A stretch of 64,000 nt of DNA. Source: Chrysomallon squamiferum (lineage: Eukaryota; Animalia; Mollusca). Positions 52,523 through 64,000 of this stretch are shown here, one piece after another. The notes below the pieces were generated by a model. It saw only the letters and a program-made list of their open reading frames with translations, ran no database searches and was not told the origin of the DNA. The translations under genes were made by a program, and so were the position numbers. The stretch covers positions 25,172,001-25,236,000 of the forward strand of contig CM022673.1 of NCBI GenBank assembly GCA_012295275.1. The letters are read 5' to 3'. How positions within the stretch are numbered: the first letter of the stretch is position 1; every line of letters begins with the position of its first letter.

Positions 52523-52912
52523 TTTTTTCATACTGTTTTATGAATCTTTGTTGACACTTAACTGGTTACAGATTTCAAACTAAATTATGAAAGTTGCAAT
52601 ATTAAATGGGAACATTTTACTTTACAGTGAAAGATGAGAATTCCTTTTTGTATCATACTGAAAAAATATGTATTATAGATCACTTTACATTCTGTAGGTT
52701 CATTTTTAAAACATTTTTTTCATACTGTTTTATGAATCTTTATTGACACTTAACTGATTACAGATTTCAAACTAAATTATGAAAGTTGTAATATAAATTA
52801 GGAACATTTTACATTACAGTGAAAGACAAGAATTCCTTTTTGTATCATAATGAAAGACTGTGTATTATAGATCACTTTACATTCTGTAGTTTCATTCTTA
52901 AAACATTTTTTT
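52523..52912. repeat. 192-bp tandem duplication in the LDLRAD3-like 3' UTR
   Basis: catactgttttatgaatcttt...gacacttaactg.ttacagatttcaaactaaattatgaaagttg...gatcactttacattctgtag starts at 52529 and again at 52721, with scattered substitutions. Confidence 0.92.
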
Positions 52913-55900
52913 ATAAAGGTAAAAAGTGTTAGTGAATCAAAATTTGTTAGGATCAGCGTGTGTTCAGATATTTGAAATGAATCAGTGTCCTGACTAAGTT
53001 TAGTAATTTAGGAAATTTATAAATTAAATAACTATATATATGTATATTTTCCTATAATTAAATCACAGCTTACAGTTTCCTTCATATGCTTTGTGTCAAA
53101 TAACAACCCTTTTTACTACAGGATTTAGTGGGATAAATGTAAATATCTTCTTTTTTTTTCTGCATTTTTATATCATCAATCCACATAATAAAAGAAAAAA
53201 AACCCACATAGTCTTTGGTGCTAATTCAACTTAGAAAATATTTCTTAATTTTAAAAATAATAAAATACATTTATATTCATACTTTTATGATAAATACTAA
53301 ATTTGTTATGAAGTTTGGGCTTATTCAAATATTCCACAGCCATAACTATGCTGCTTATGTTGATGGTGATGTGGACATTTATGAAGTTACTGACAAAAAG
53401 TTAATTTCTTCTGTTAACTTCCTCAAACAGAAGGTTTGATAACTGCACATGCCTTGGGCTTTGTTAATCAGGAATTAAATTTTATTTTATCAAGGTTTTC
53501 TGATCTGTTGACTGATGATTTTAATCCTCACTTAGTGTTGTCCAGTGGTTAGATTAAATGTAAGTTGGCACATTAGAACTAGATATTTTATTTTTGATTC
53601 TAGCTAATGTTCAATGAATTTGGCCTCAGATTTTTAACATAGGGCAAAAAGTTATATAATTTTTATTTATATGTTTAAGTATTTGTTAAAATTGATGTAT
53701 TTATGTAGAATAAATATTTTTGTCTGGCAAACTCTTTAATTTTAAGTTTAAAATAAGAGGAATTGTCGTCCTTTACATACTGAACAACAGAAAATCAGTT
53801 CAGATGCTCTCTTGTCAAGTGTCATTTCTAAAAAAATAGGGTCTTTTTCTGGCTGGGATTATTTATTTATTTATTGATTCATTTATTTTGTTTGTTTGTT
53901 GTTGATGTTTTATTCCAAAACAGAACAAAATATATCTCTGTATTGACGTTTTGTTAGATACATTTAAAAAAATTAGAGATGTTATTTTATTTTGATAGAT
54001 AAAATGGCTAAATGATTTATTATTTAATTTGATGTCTGTACAAATATTTTCTGTTATGGTAGAAATAAAATAAATTTTGGAAAGTTACACATTGTCAAGA
54101 ACAGTTCAGTAATTAAGTGTATTTAGATCAGTCTAAAAGTTTTAATCCAAAATTGGAGAAATGAATTTGATATTTAGATTAGTTTCAAAATTATAAGTTA
54201 TAATTCTGTTACTAACTTATGACTGATAGAACTGATTATGTTTAAATTATGATTTGGATCTTGAAAGTTCTAAATCTTGTTTCAAAACTCTAGTGAATAA
54301 TTCCTTCCTTTTTTTAAAACAATAGATTATTATTGGTTCAATTTTTTATCTTCATATTATCAGTTTTAGCTTTAAAAAATATAAAAGTTATCTTGTTTAA
54401 ATAATGTATAAATATACAGATTGTAAATTTAATTTTTTTTTTCTTATTACAAAACTTAAAATTTGATGTTCTGCATGTTTTATTAAAAGTTATAGGTGTT
54501 GTATTGGAAAATGGCAAAATCAATTTAATTAAAATTGTAAAAAATGTTCCTCCACTTTCTCCTTTCCCTTTTAAATGTTTGAAACTGTTTACATTTTCAG
54601 TTATTACAAAGTATACTGTTTGCATATATATGTTTTGCCATATTGCCGATTCTATTTTTATAGTTATTTCAGGCAGCTGTATTCTTACTGATAATGAAGG
54701 AAATTTTCATCTCTTTTTCATTCTGTCCCTGAAGATTAAGGACAGCATCAATAAAATCAGTCAATACTTTGTATTTCAATATTTAAAAAAAAAAAAAACA
54801 TTTTTAATAGTTTACACACACACACACACACACACACAAACATATGTAATAAAACATGAGTGCATTTGTATGTGTGTGTATATATATATATATATATTAT
54901 AAATTGATTAGTTACAAATTGTTAACAAAGAGACATTATGTACAGAAGTATAAATTAATATTTACATAAAACAGTTTAGTTTTACTTTATGACTTTTAAA
55001 ATGTTTTTTAGAAAAAATAATTTCCATTAATAGCCATTTGTTCTATTAATGAAATTACTATTAATTTTTTTTTCTTTTTTTTTTCACCCAAACATAATTT
55101 AAGTCTGGATGTAACTAGAATTTTTATTGTACATTTTGTCATTTTCATCATAATTACACGAGTATTATTTTATTTATGTAGTTGCTATGGTTTATAAAAT
55201 TAATTGTAGTTGACATAAAAAGGAGTTTTTTTGCAAAAACAAAATAAATAAACAAACTTTCTACATTGAAATTTACCTACAAAAATGAAAAGGGATACAT
55301 TCAGTAGCTGAAATAGTATGTTGAATCTTTTTCTTCAGTTTAAAATTTAAAATATGTTACAGAAGATTATTATTATTTATTTTTTTCAAAATTATATATG
55401 TATTTAGCTTTCATAGAAAAGAAACCAAAATGAACAGTGACCAGTTAAGCTAATACAATTTCTAACAGCTTATATCTGTGTCTTGACAACCACATCTTAT
55501 TTTTGTATTATTATAATTTCGTTACTACCCATCTTTGTTCATGTGTCATTTAGTTTACAAATTTTAAAATTAATTTTATATTTAATAGTGGTAATTATCA
55601 ATATCTATGTACCAAAATTGCTTTTCCTAAGTTACATCAGTATTAGGTATCTCATTTCAGATTGATGTTTGATAAACTTAGTTAAATGTTATACAGGTAC
55701 TAGAAGTTGATAAATTTCAATCTAAATACCACCATTAAGAATTTGTTAACAGTATTACATATTGTGTTACTGAACTGAATAGTTCTGGTAATAAACTTAG
55801 AATTTTTATATCATTTGTTGTCGTTTGGTTGTCATTTTCTTTCATATTTTATTTTTCTTTATAACATTCTGTTTCTTAAGAATAAAATGAAAATGTTTTA

Positions 55901-56362
55901 TTGAAAAACTCATTCACACGTTTTGTACACATGGTTAAAAACTATATATATATATATATATTAAAAAACGTTGAAAAATAAGATGGCTTCATTATGAAAC
56001 AGGCTGTGCTTTCTTTCAGTTAGCAGTCAGGGATGTTTCCAACAGTCAGGAAATTGCATGATGTTGCCTCAGAAAAAATTGGTGATGGAACTCATAACTA
56101 GCAAGAAAGAGAACAATGGACATACTGACAAGGACTGATGTTGAGTGCCATCACATTTCAGTCTCTAGTCACAGTCACATGCATTTTCAGATGTATGGAA
56201 CATGAGTACAAGCACAAAAATCTCCATAAGAAGCAACTTTTTATTGGTGACAATTAGTCAACCATAAAGACACATCAAAATATATATATAAAAAAAACTT
56301 TTAAATCTTAAATTCAGAAATAAAACCCTGTGAAAGTAACTGGCAATCAAACATTCTGTGCA

Positions 56363-57815
56363 TCAGGTTTTCAGTTTCTGGATCAAATCCATGTATGCAC
56401 ACCGTATTAAACATTCTTCCTTTACTCCCAGTTTCTTCATCAGATTGTCTGCAATTTTCTGACCATCTTCAACTGTCTGATCGTCATTAAGAACAACCTT
56501 TAAAACACAAAAACAATTTAAAAAAATAAACTAACATATTTCTTGATTTTGCAGCAACTGAGGCTTTATACTTCTCTTTTAACCCTATCAGATTTGTATA
56601 TAGGTACTGAATTGGCAGTTTATATTTGTCTGCATATAAAAGTTTGTGTGGCTAGATGAAAGAAATTGAACAATCCCATCAGAGATTTAAAATGCAGAAT
56701 TATTTACATATGTTATTATCATTAATTATTATGCAGCTTTGCAAAAGGCACCTATTATAACTGTTAAAATTTTTTTTTTTTAAATTATAAAATTAAATAA
56801 CCACAAATTTGGACCAGTAAATTTAGATGGACATTCTTAGAAAAAAAAGCACTTTACGTTTACATATGCACGAGAAACAATCATGAAAATCTTAATTCTA
56901 AATGAACACAGAATTAAGTCCTATACTTACTTCTAATTCCATAAACTCCCCAAGACCTTCGACAGAATCTACATGTATTCGAGTCTGACCAACCAGATAC
57001 AGATGTCGCTTTTTCTTTACCACACCTTTGATACCATAGGCTTTTGAAAGAGCAATCTGGATAATATAAATATAGTTATTTCTGTAGAAGTCAGAGATAA
57101 ATAATTCAGTAAACATTATATTAAAATGTTGTAAATTAACTGGAAAGCTTATATTTTTAAATTTCTTTTTTACATTTAAAATCCTGAGTTAAATTTTTTT
57201 TTTTTATTTTTTTAATTTTTTTTAAAGTGATTAATGCATTTGTCTTGATCAGACTACAAGGAACTAGATATGAAAAAAAATTAATAATTAAAATCAAAGT
57301 TTGAAAGATGAGTTAAACCACAACCTTCAGATTTTCTGGATCACTGACGACAGCTGTGTGATAGTCACTAAGTTTTGGTCCAGCACTGTCTGGCCTGTCA
57401 TAGTAGATAAGACTGGCTTGATCTCCCTGGATAATATATAATACTAAAATAATTACTTAAAATGTAAATTTTAACTGTTACTAAAGTAAAATAAAATGTT
57501 CACACTGCTCTAACCAAATGATTTAAACGTTAGAAACCCAAAATGTGAGGTACTGGAAAAGAAGTTTACCTAACCAGTTTCCAAATCACTTTTATTTTAT
57601 TTAACAGTTTGTTTAGACTTAAAAAATAATGAAAAACTGGTGTTCCATAGATAGTTTACCTCTGTCTGCCTCAGTTTCAAACGACCTTTTGGTGTCAGGA
57701 AAAACGTATCTTCTTGTACAATTAATCTTCCTTCTGATGAACTCAGCTGAATTGCTTTATTTCTTAAAGATGTCTGATCTTCCACACTTGCTTTTATTTC
57801 AACATTTCTTGGCAT
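56363..57815 (-). CDS. CYTH / triphosphate-tunnel metalloenzyme, CyaB (class IV adenylate cyclase)-like, 172 aa
   Basis: Exons 57815-57660, 57426-57325, 57056-56931, 56497-56363 (all phase 0, 519 nt). Protein: MPRNVEIKASVEDQTSLRNKAIQLSSSEGRLIVQEDTFFLTPKGRLKLRQTEGDQASLIYYDRPDSAGPKLSDYHTAVVSDPENLKIALSKAYGIKGVVKKKRHLYLVGQTRIHVDSVEGLGEFMELEVVLNDDQTVEDGQKIADNLMKKLGVKEECLIRCAYMDLIQKLKT. CYTH motifs: xExK, QxDxxF, RLKLR, VKKxR, DxVxGLGxFxELE, C-terminal Y. Confidence 0.92.
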
Positions 57816-58882
57816 TTTGTCATAACAGCTACCCCAAACTGAGACAGTCATTAAAAACATATATATATAAATATGAATATTAATAAAGAAGTAGAAATGC
57901 ATATTAATATCATTACAACAAAAAAAATACAAAAATATTAATTTTATAATTCTAAAACAGCAATTATAATTAAAATAATTATTGTTGAGAAAAAAAACAA
58001 AAAATAAAAGAATATGAGCTTTTCTTTTCTAAGTTTATTATAGAAAGATAACTACCACTTTCTACTAAAAACTGATGTCTTCAAAAGTTATGTATGGCTT
58101 CACTTACAGACTGCATATAATTCTCTGAAAAATGTCTGTCAACTTGTAAAACAAATACCACAATTCTAATAATTTCAGTGATAAATAACTTTACACAGCA
58201 ATGCTAGAAGTTGCCATGAACCCTCATGTAAGCAATGATAATCAAAAATGTCCCATGCAACAGAAGTAAAAGTGCTAATAAATATTTATAACATCTATAT
58301 GATAGTCACTATATTTTGGTCCTGCATTATTTGGCTTGATAACATATGATACTAATTACTAAAACAATGAATGTAAATTCATGAATATTCAATAGGGCTT
58401 GTACAAATTGCAAGCCTGTATCTATTTTTAGATGACATTGTAATCAGTAGCTCCACCTACATACCTGAAGCTACAGTGTCTGAGTATTGTAGAATAACTT
58501 GCCACTTGCAGTTTTAGACACTTCATTAACGGTTGAGAAAAAAAAAAGTTTACATGGAGTTTCAGCAGTTTCCACATTAGTTTGTTTTTCGAAATTAATG
58601 AGCAGTGGCTTTTCCATTTTTGCTCTCACTGAATTAAATTTGTATTTATTTATTTATTTATTTATTTAAATATTTATTTATTTATTATTAATATTTTAGT
58701 ATCATATATGTTTCAACATTAGATCTATTCTTGAAGCATTTAGAGTGACATTACTGCATTTTAAGATGTTATGTGTCTAACAACTCTGGAAAGTTCAGCT
58801 TAACTCTTTTTTTTTACACTTGATTTTTCAGTCTAAGTATTTTAAATATTTTGTGATTAAAAAGGTTAAAAGACGCTGTGAT

Positions 58883-58927
<45 letters not shown>

Positions 58928-59502
58928 AGGGAAGCAGATACAAATTAAACTTTGAAAATCTAATTTATTTATGTTTCTATTTTACATTTATATTATCAAA
59001 CTTGATGTTTTCTCAGAATTTGATTGTTACAGTTTTGTTTACTCAAAACCATTTTTGTAATAACATGCATTTGATATCAACTATCTTGCCATTTGTGTTA
59101 TTAACTCTATATGTAGGCATTAATAAATAAAAAAATATACCATTACGTAACTGAATGAATTTACATATACTGATGTGTATGAACTTTAGCTCAGTTATGT
59201 GAATCACCTAAGAAAAATTTTAAGTTGATCACACCATAGAATTGTTTTAGAATGATTATAACTTTATTCACCTAAGGTGAATATTAACTCAGTATGATGA
59301 TGATGATGATGATGATGATAAAAATAATTCAAATCAGCTAACAGCCATTGTATACTTTATTATTTATTTGAAGAAAATTCTTCAACAACCAATATTTCAA
59401 TGAAATACTCAAGAACAGTTATTTTTATTTCTTTAAAACAAGCATTTAAATTTAAAATAATTACTGATGTGTATATACACACATACACACATACATACTT
59501 AC

Positions 59503-59930
59503 GTTAGCATGGAGCACGTGGAACGATAACTCGTGATGGCACAATATTTCGCCGGTCAGGAAATAAGTCTAGATTTTTCCATTGGGTACAGACTACTTCA
59601 GAATGTTCATTTCTGACACCGACAAATGAACCAGCTATAAAAGTTAATTTATTAATCTGCTGCAACATTATAATTTCAGTTTGTTATGCACGCATTGCAC
59701 TAAAATAATACAGTTTGAAAATTTTGATTAAGGTGTGTAGTTACAAGAGGTGTTCTACATTGTAGTAAGAACAAGCACCCACACCTTTATTAGTGTAAAT
59801 CATAAAAAAATACAGAAAATGGACATAAAATTGTTGATTTTGGAAATTTAAAACACGATGTGACGGTTTCCGAGCGTACACGGAAATATCCGATCGAAAT
59901 TCAAGATCGCGACGACCGAGTGTGTTTATT
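59503..59930 (-). promoter_or_regulatory. Probable non-coding first exon and promoter of the CYTH gene
   Basis: Strong minus-strand donor AAC|GTAAGT at 59503/59502. A CpG-richer patch at 59855-59925 contains CGGAAA and TCGCGA motifs. A matching acceptor lies just upstream of the ATG exon (~57840). Confidence 0.45.
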
Positions 59931-60108
59931 TTTCATTCTTTTCTTTTACTCATTTTTTTTAATTTTTTTTATTATAAAAATAGTTCTATTACATTACTCA
60001 GGAATGCGAAATACTATTATAAATATTATAATATAAGTGTATAAAAAGAAGCTATAAAACAGCATTACTATTCTCTACAGTGATTTTTTATTATTGCTAT
60101 CAACATAT

Positions 60109-60823
60109 GAGCGATTGTCTTTGGAGCGGCTCTCCTTTTTAGCGATATATCTTAAACTATAAGATGAGCTATAACGTATAAAGAGAAGCAAATTAAAAGT
60201 AAAATAAAAAAGGGAAATGCAAATTGTTGTACAATATCACAAAGCTGACAATAACGTAGAGTTATTTAAAAATGTATTAGAAATTATAAGAAGTTAGATA
60301 TTCATCTCGAGGTTGTAAGATTTTTCTGCTAAAGGTCTCTAACCGCATTGTGTTTGTGGTACGGATATCCATCAAAGTTAATACGTTTTTTCCATCACTG
60401 TTAAGGCTGGCGACAAAGTCTTTGATGTATTTGAAAAATAAAAATAAAAATGAAAACGAAAACGAAAATAAAGATAGAACGAAATATCCAAAATTAAATA
60501 CAACAGAAAAATAGCAGTTTATCGCTCAGTGAAATTCGAGATACAAATGCTACAAGTTTCACGTCTGACGTTGAAATACAACTGAACGGATAATTGTAAG
60601 TTGTGACAAACGAGGTTGTTTTCAAGAAATTCCCGATTCTTTTAACACTCTTAATTCGGCGGTGCTTTTATAATTGCGGAAAAAATTTACGGATATTTAT
60701 GGGCTGAATTTCTTGATTGACCTTTGTCACGCTAAATAGCGCTATTTTTAGAATGTCGCGCTTAATTGCATCGCCTCAAAATACCTCGCGCGTTTGTACT
60801 TGGCGCTCAAAAGATAATCGCTC
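60109..60823. mobile_element. Degenerate inverted-repeat (MITE-like) element
   Basis: GAGCGATTGTCTTTGGAGCG (60109-60128) is an 18/20 inverted match to CGCTCAAAAGATAATCGCTC (60804-60823). True termini and TSD are not resolved. Confidence 0.45.
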
Positions 60824-61490
60824 TAGCGATGCTAGCTCAAGAATATGACAAGAAAAACCCACAACTGACCATTATCACTATTAGCTGCAGCGTGACAGCT
60901 TTAGTAAATAAATAAATAAATAAATAAACAACTTGGAAGCTTTTAATTTTTGTATATTATAAAATAGTGGGTGTATATACAAGTGTATAAGAGTATGATC
61001 ACGTGTGCATGTCTGTTTTTGTTGTAAACCATATTCATGATATTGGGATATAAAAAAAAAAAAAAAAAAAAAAAATGTTTAATAATATATACACATTGTT
61101 TCATAAATATATATTAATATATTATATTGGTTTCGGAATGTCCCAGAACCTTTACGTCATACTTAATTAAAATATATTCATAAATAAAAATGTACGTGGG
61201 TCTTTACGGCATTTGTTCGTGTCATTAAAGTCTGAGTCAACCACTGTGATTCTAAAATAATTAAGCATTATTGTTGAATTAATTCCCGGATCACGCTAGA
61301 TCCTATAACAAGCATTCTAAATAAAAATACTTGGCAGTAACTAGACTCTTTTTGAAATGAGGCAAAAAACACTTACTCGCCGAGCGAAGCGAAGCAAACA
61401 AATTTGGGCGTGACGCTTCGACTTGAAAAACGTTATCGTTTCTATCGGAATAGAGATTTATGTTTTATATATTTTTAATAAAATATTTGC

Positions 61491-61534
<44 letters not shown>

Positions 61535-61649
61535 TTAAAATCGTCAATTTCGGTATGAGGAGTTTGCCTCAGTAGAGTTACGGTCAAGAAATATAACAGA
61601 CAATCAGATTTTTCCGTCATAGAGAATAATACGTCCAACTTCCAGGGTC

Positions 61650-61690
<41 letters not shown>

Positions 61691-63913
61691 TGAAAGGAAA
61701 GAAAGAAAGAAAAAAGGTTGGGTGGTTTTAACGGTTGATAATATTCATTAGCTTCTTTTCTTCTGCCGTACTAGACAAGTTGTGATTGTCACACTATCAC
61801 TTATTAATTATTTCATAAATGGGGAATTCACAACCTCAAAATGTTACACTAATTTGCTATATGTTTAAAACCAGAATGAAATCAAATATCAGTTTACTTC
61901 GTTAGGGGAATTTCTTATAAAGACGTAACTGAAAATCTGAAAATAAAGTTTAACAGGGAAATATATAAAACTAAAACGGTCGATTACGCTGAATGGATTA
62001 TTTAAATAAAACATTTAGACCTATCTTCTTTCACATTCTGCCTTTTGTATGAAAATAACCTCGTAGTATTGTTTAACAGCTACTGGAATTGAAGCCGTAG
62101 TGTCCGAGCCTTGATTGTCTGCAGAAGTAAACGTTCAAATAATAGAAAAATTACCTATTTACGAACAACTGTTACTGGGGCATGATTTCACCTTCAAATA
62201 TCAGTTGAAACAAGCCAAAAACATATTATTTAATTTAGCTAATTTTTCTTTACCAAAATTATTGGATATTCAGTTTAAAAACATTATTACGGAAATGTGC
62301 GAAAATATCCGAAAACGTACGAATGAAAACGAAGAGTAAACATGGTTCGAAGAAAACAAAGGTATAAATATTTTAAAAGTACAGTTGATTATCAAAGAAA
62401 CATTTTGGTGTGTATGTATATTTAAATGTTTGTGTTTAGTAAGAAATCAATAAAATTGCAGCAATAAAATATCGTTTACTGACGCAAAACGCCGTGGTAA
62501 AAACATTCAAAATAAACTCGTGGCTGGAAACAGAACACAGTACTCTGAGTAGAGTAGTACGAAATGTTATTTAAAGAGCAACAGTCAAGGCATATTAAAA
62601 AAAAAAAAATTGTTTACTATTTTTCACTCGACGCTTCGAAGGAAATAATATTCATATTGCCTTATTCGATAGTCATTTAAAATATGATCAGGCATTTTAT
62701 TTATAACAGGTTCTGAATTTCCCATGTGAACAACATTGGCTCGTCTCAGCGAGCTGTTGTCCATGACGTCACACAATTCATAAATAGCACAGTTCTAATC
62801 AGGAACCCACAGGAAATGATTATTTATAAACACTGACAAAAAGAACTGAGAAACAGCTTTGGAAATAAAAATAAGTTTACAAACTGCTTCAGTATTTTCT
62901 CCCAGCTTTTATTCATTTCTTACCTCCCCCTATTCATATATGATGCATATTTAGAACAAAATCTGATTACTGTTGTCTGTGTTGAGGTCCAGTATTTACT
63001 GTGTACTTAGAGACTTTGGTACCATGGCTACAAGCTTTTTATGAAACTTGTATGTTATAAAAAAATATCTATAAACCCTGAATATGAATAGGTTTATCAC
63101 AAATAAATTACCACATTTACTAATAACAAAATATTAAATTAAGATTTATATATACATGTATTTGGTGGGTTGAAATTATATATCTAAATACAGACATTTC
63201 CGTATTCCTTTTCTTTTCCTTGTTTTTGCCACAGTTTTATTTTGCATTATAAATTAAATAAAAGGAATAATATGTTGGTGTTTATAACAATCCTCCTTTT
63301 ATTACAGGTATTTACTTTGTGAAGTTGTGCTTGAAAATGGAAATAGTTTGAACTGTGACAGTGCAGGGTATATGCTGAGCAAAATAATCAAGAAAACCAT
63401 TCAGCTTCTTTATGGAGATTATGGGGCAGCTGTTAGCTACAGTATTGTTGGTATGCACAGAATATCATTTCTTTTTCAAGTCTTTGCACTCCTATTGACC
63501 CTTAATATATATATATAAAAGTGCAATGCATATTTAGGGGATATTTTATCATAACTTTTCTCAGTATGTAGCTGTTTAATGTTACTGCATAATTAAAAGT
63601 AGGTGATTATATAAAACTTAAACAGTTTTGTTATGTATAGAAAATGTGTATACTGAAAGAGGAAAAGAATGTTGACATTAAAACACGAGATTAGGCATAA
63701 ATATATGTTAACAGTAATGCAATCATACAAATGCAAAAACCTAACAACTTCCATCCAGAAATTTCTGCATTTTTTTTGCAAAGTAAAAAGACCAAAACAA
63801 ACAATTGGTCTGTTTATATTTTTATGTCACATTAAATTATATGTTTCCAGTATAATAATGAGGTTGGAACAAAAATTCATGGTGTTTTGTAAGAGAAATT
63901 CAAATACAGTATT

Positions 63914-64000
63914 TTAATCATCTTTGAGAAGCTTCATGATTCCATCCATCTGGAACTTGTTATCTTTCTGGGCGAAGAACTGTTCTAAATACCACTTTAT
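63914..64000 (-). CDS. Probable 3' end of the last coding exon of an unidentified gene entering from the right edge
   Basis: Open frame IKWYLEQFFAQKDNKFQMDGIMKLLKDD* with coding-like composition, followed by AT-rich UTR-like sequence. Too short to identify. Confidence 0.5.
   Translation of the reverse strand: MKWYLEQFFAQKDNKFQMDGIMKLLKDD

Noticed and set aside
56230-56365. Possible UGA read-through or selenocysteine extension of the CYTH gene (also considered for other TGA-ending genes)
   Set aside because: No CUAG read-through context or evident SECIS; downstream frames are low-complexity and the domains are already complete.
61375-61420. CCGAGCGAAGCGAAGC motif reminiscent of termini of some invertebrate DNA transposons
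   Set aside because: Only a short fragment; no partner end or TSD found.

Overview
AT-rich, intron-containing animal genomic DNA, dense in microsatellites. An invertebrate (mollusc/lophotrochozoan-like) origin is an inference, not established. Five complete spliced genes were reconstructed by hand with phase-consistent GT-AG junctions. (1) KIF6-like kinesin-9: 17 exons, + strand, 1872-18271, ~1160 aa, with a long loop-12 insertion and a C-terminal IQ-like motif. (2) CD225/dispanin membrane protein: + strand, with up to four candidate alternative ATG-bearing first exons. (3) TNF-receptor-superfamily protein with no recognisable death domain: - strand, 44614-33132. (4) LDLRAD3-like receptor with an Ig domain plus two LDLa repeats and a three-fold repeated cytoplasmic motif: + strand, 49373-52429. 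(5) CyaB/class IV adenylate-cyclase-like CYTH protein: - strand, 57815-56363. Partial unidentified genes run off both window ends. Also present: hAT, Tc1/mariner and foldback-type MITEs with visible TIRs and target-site duplications, plus several minisatellites. Most short ORFs in the supplied track are microsatellite artefacts.
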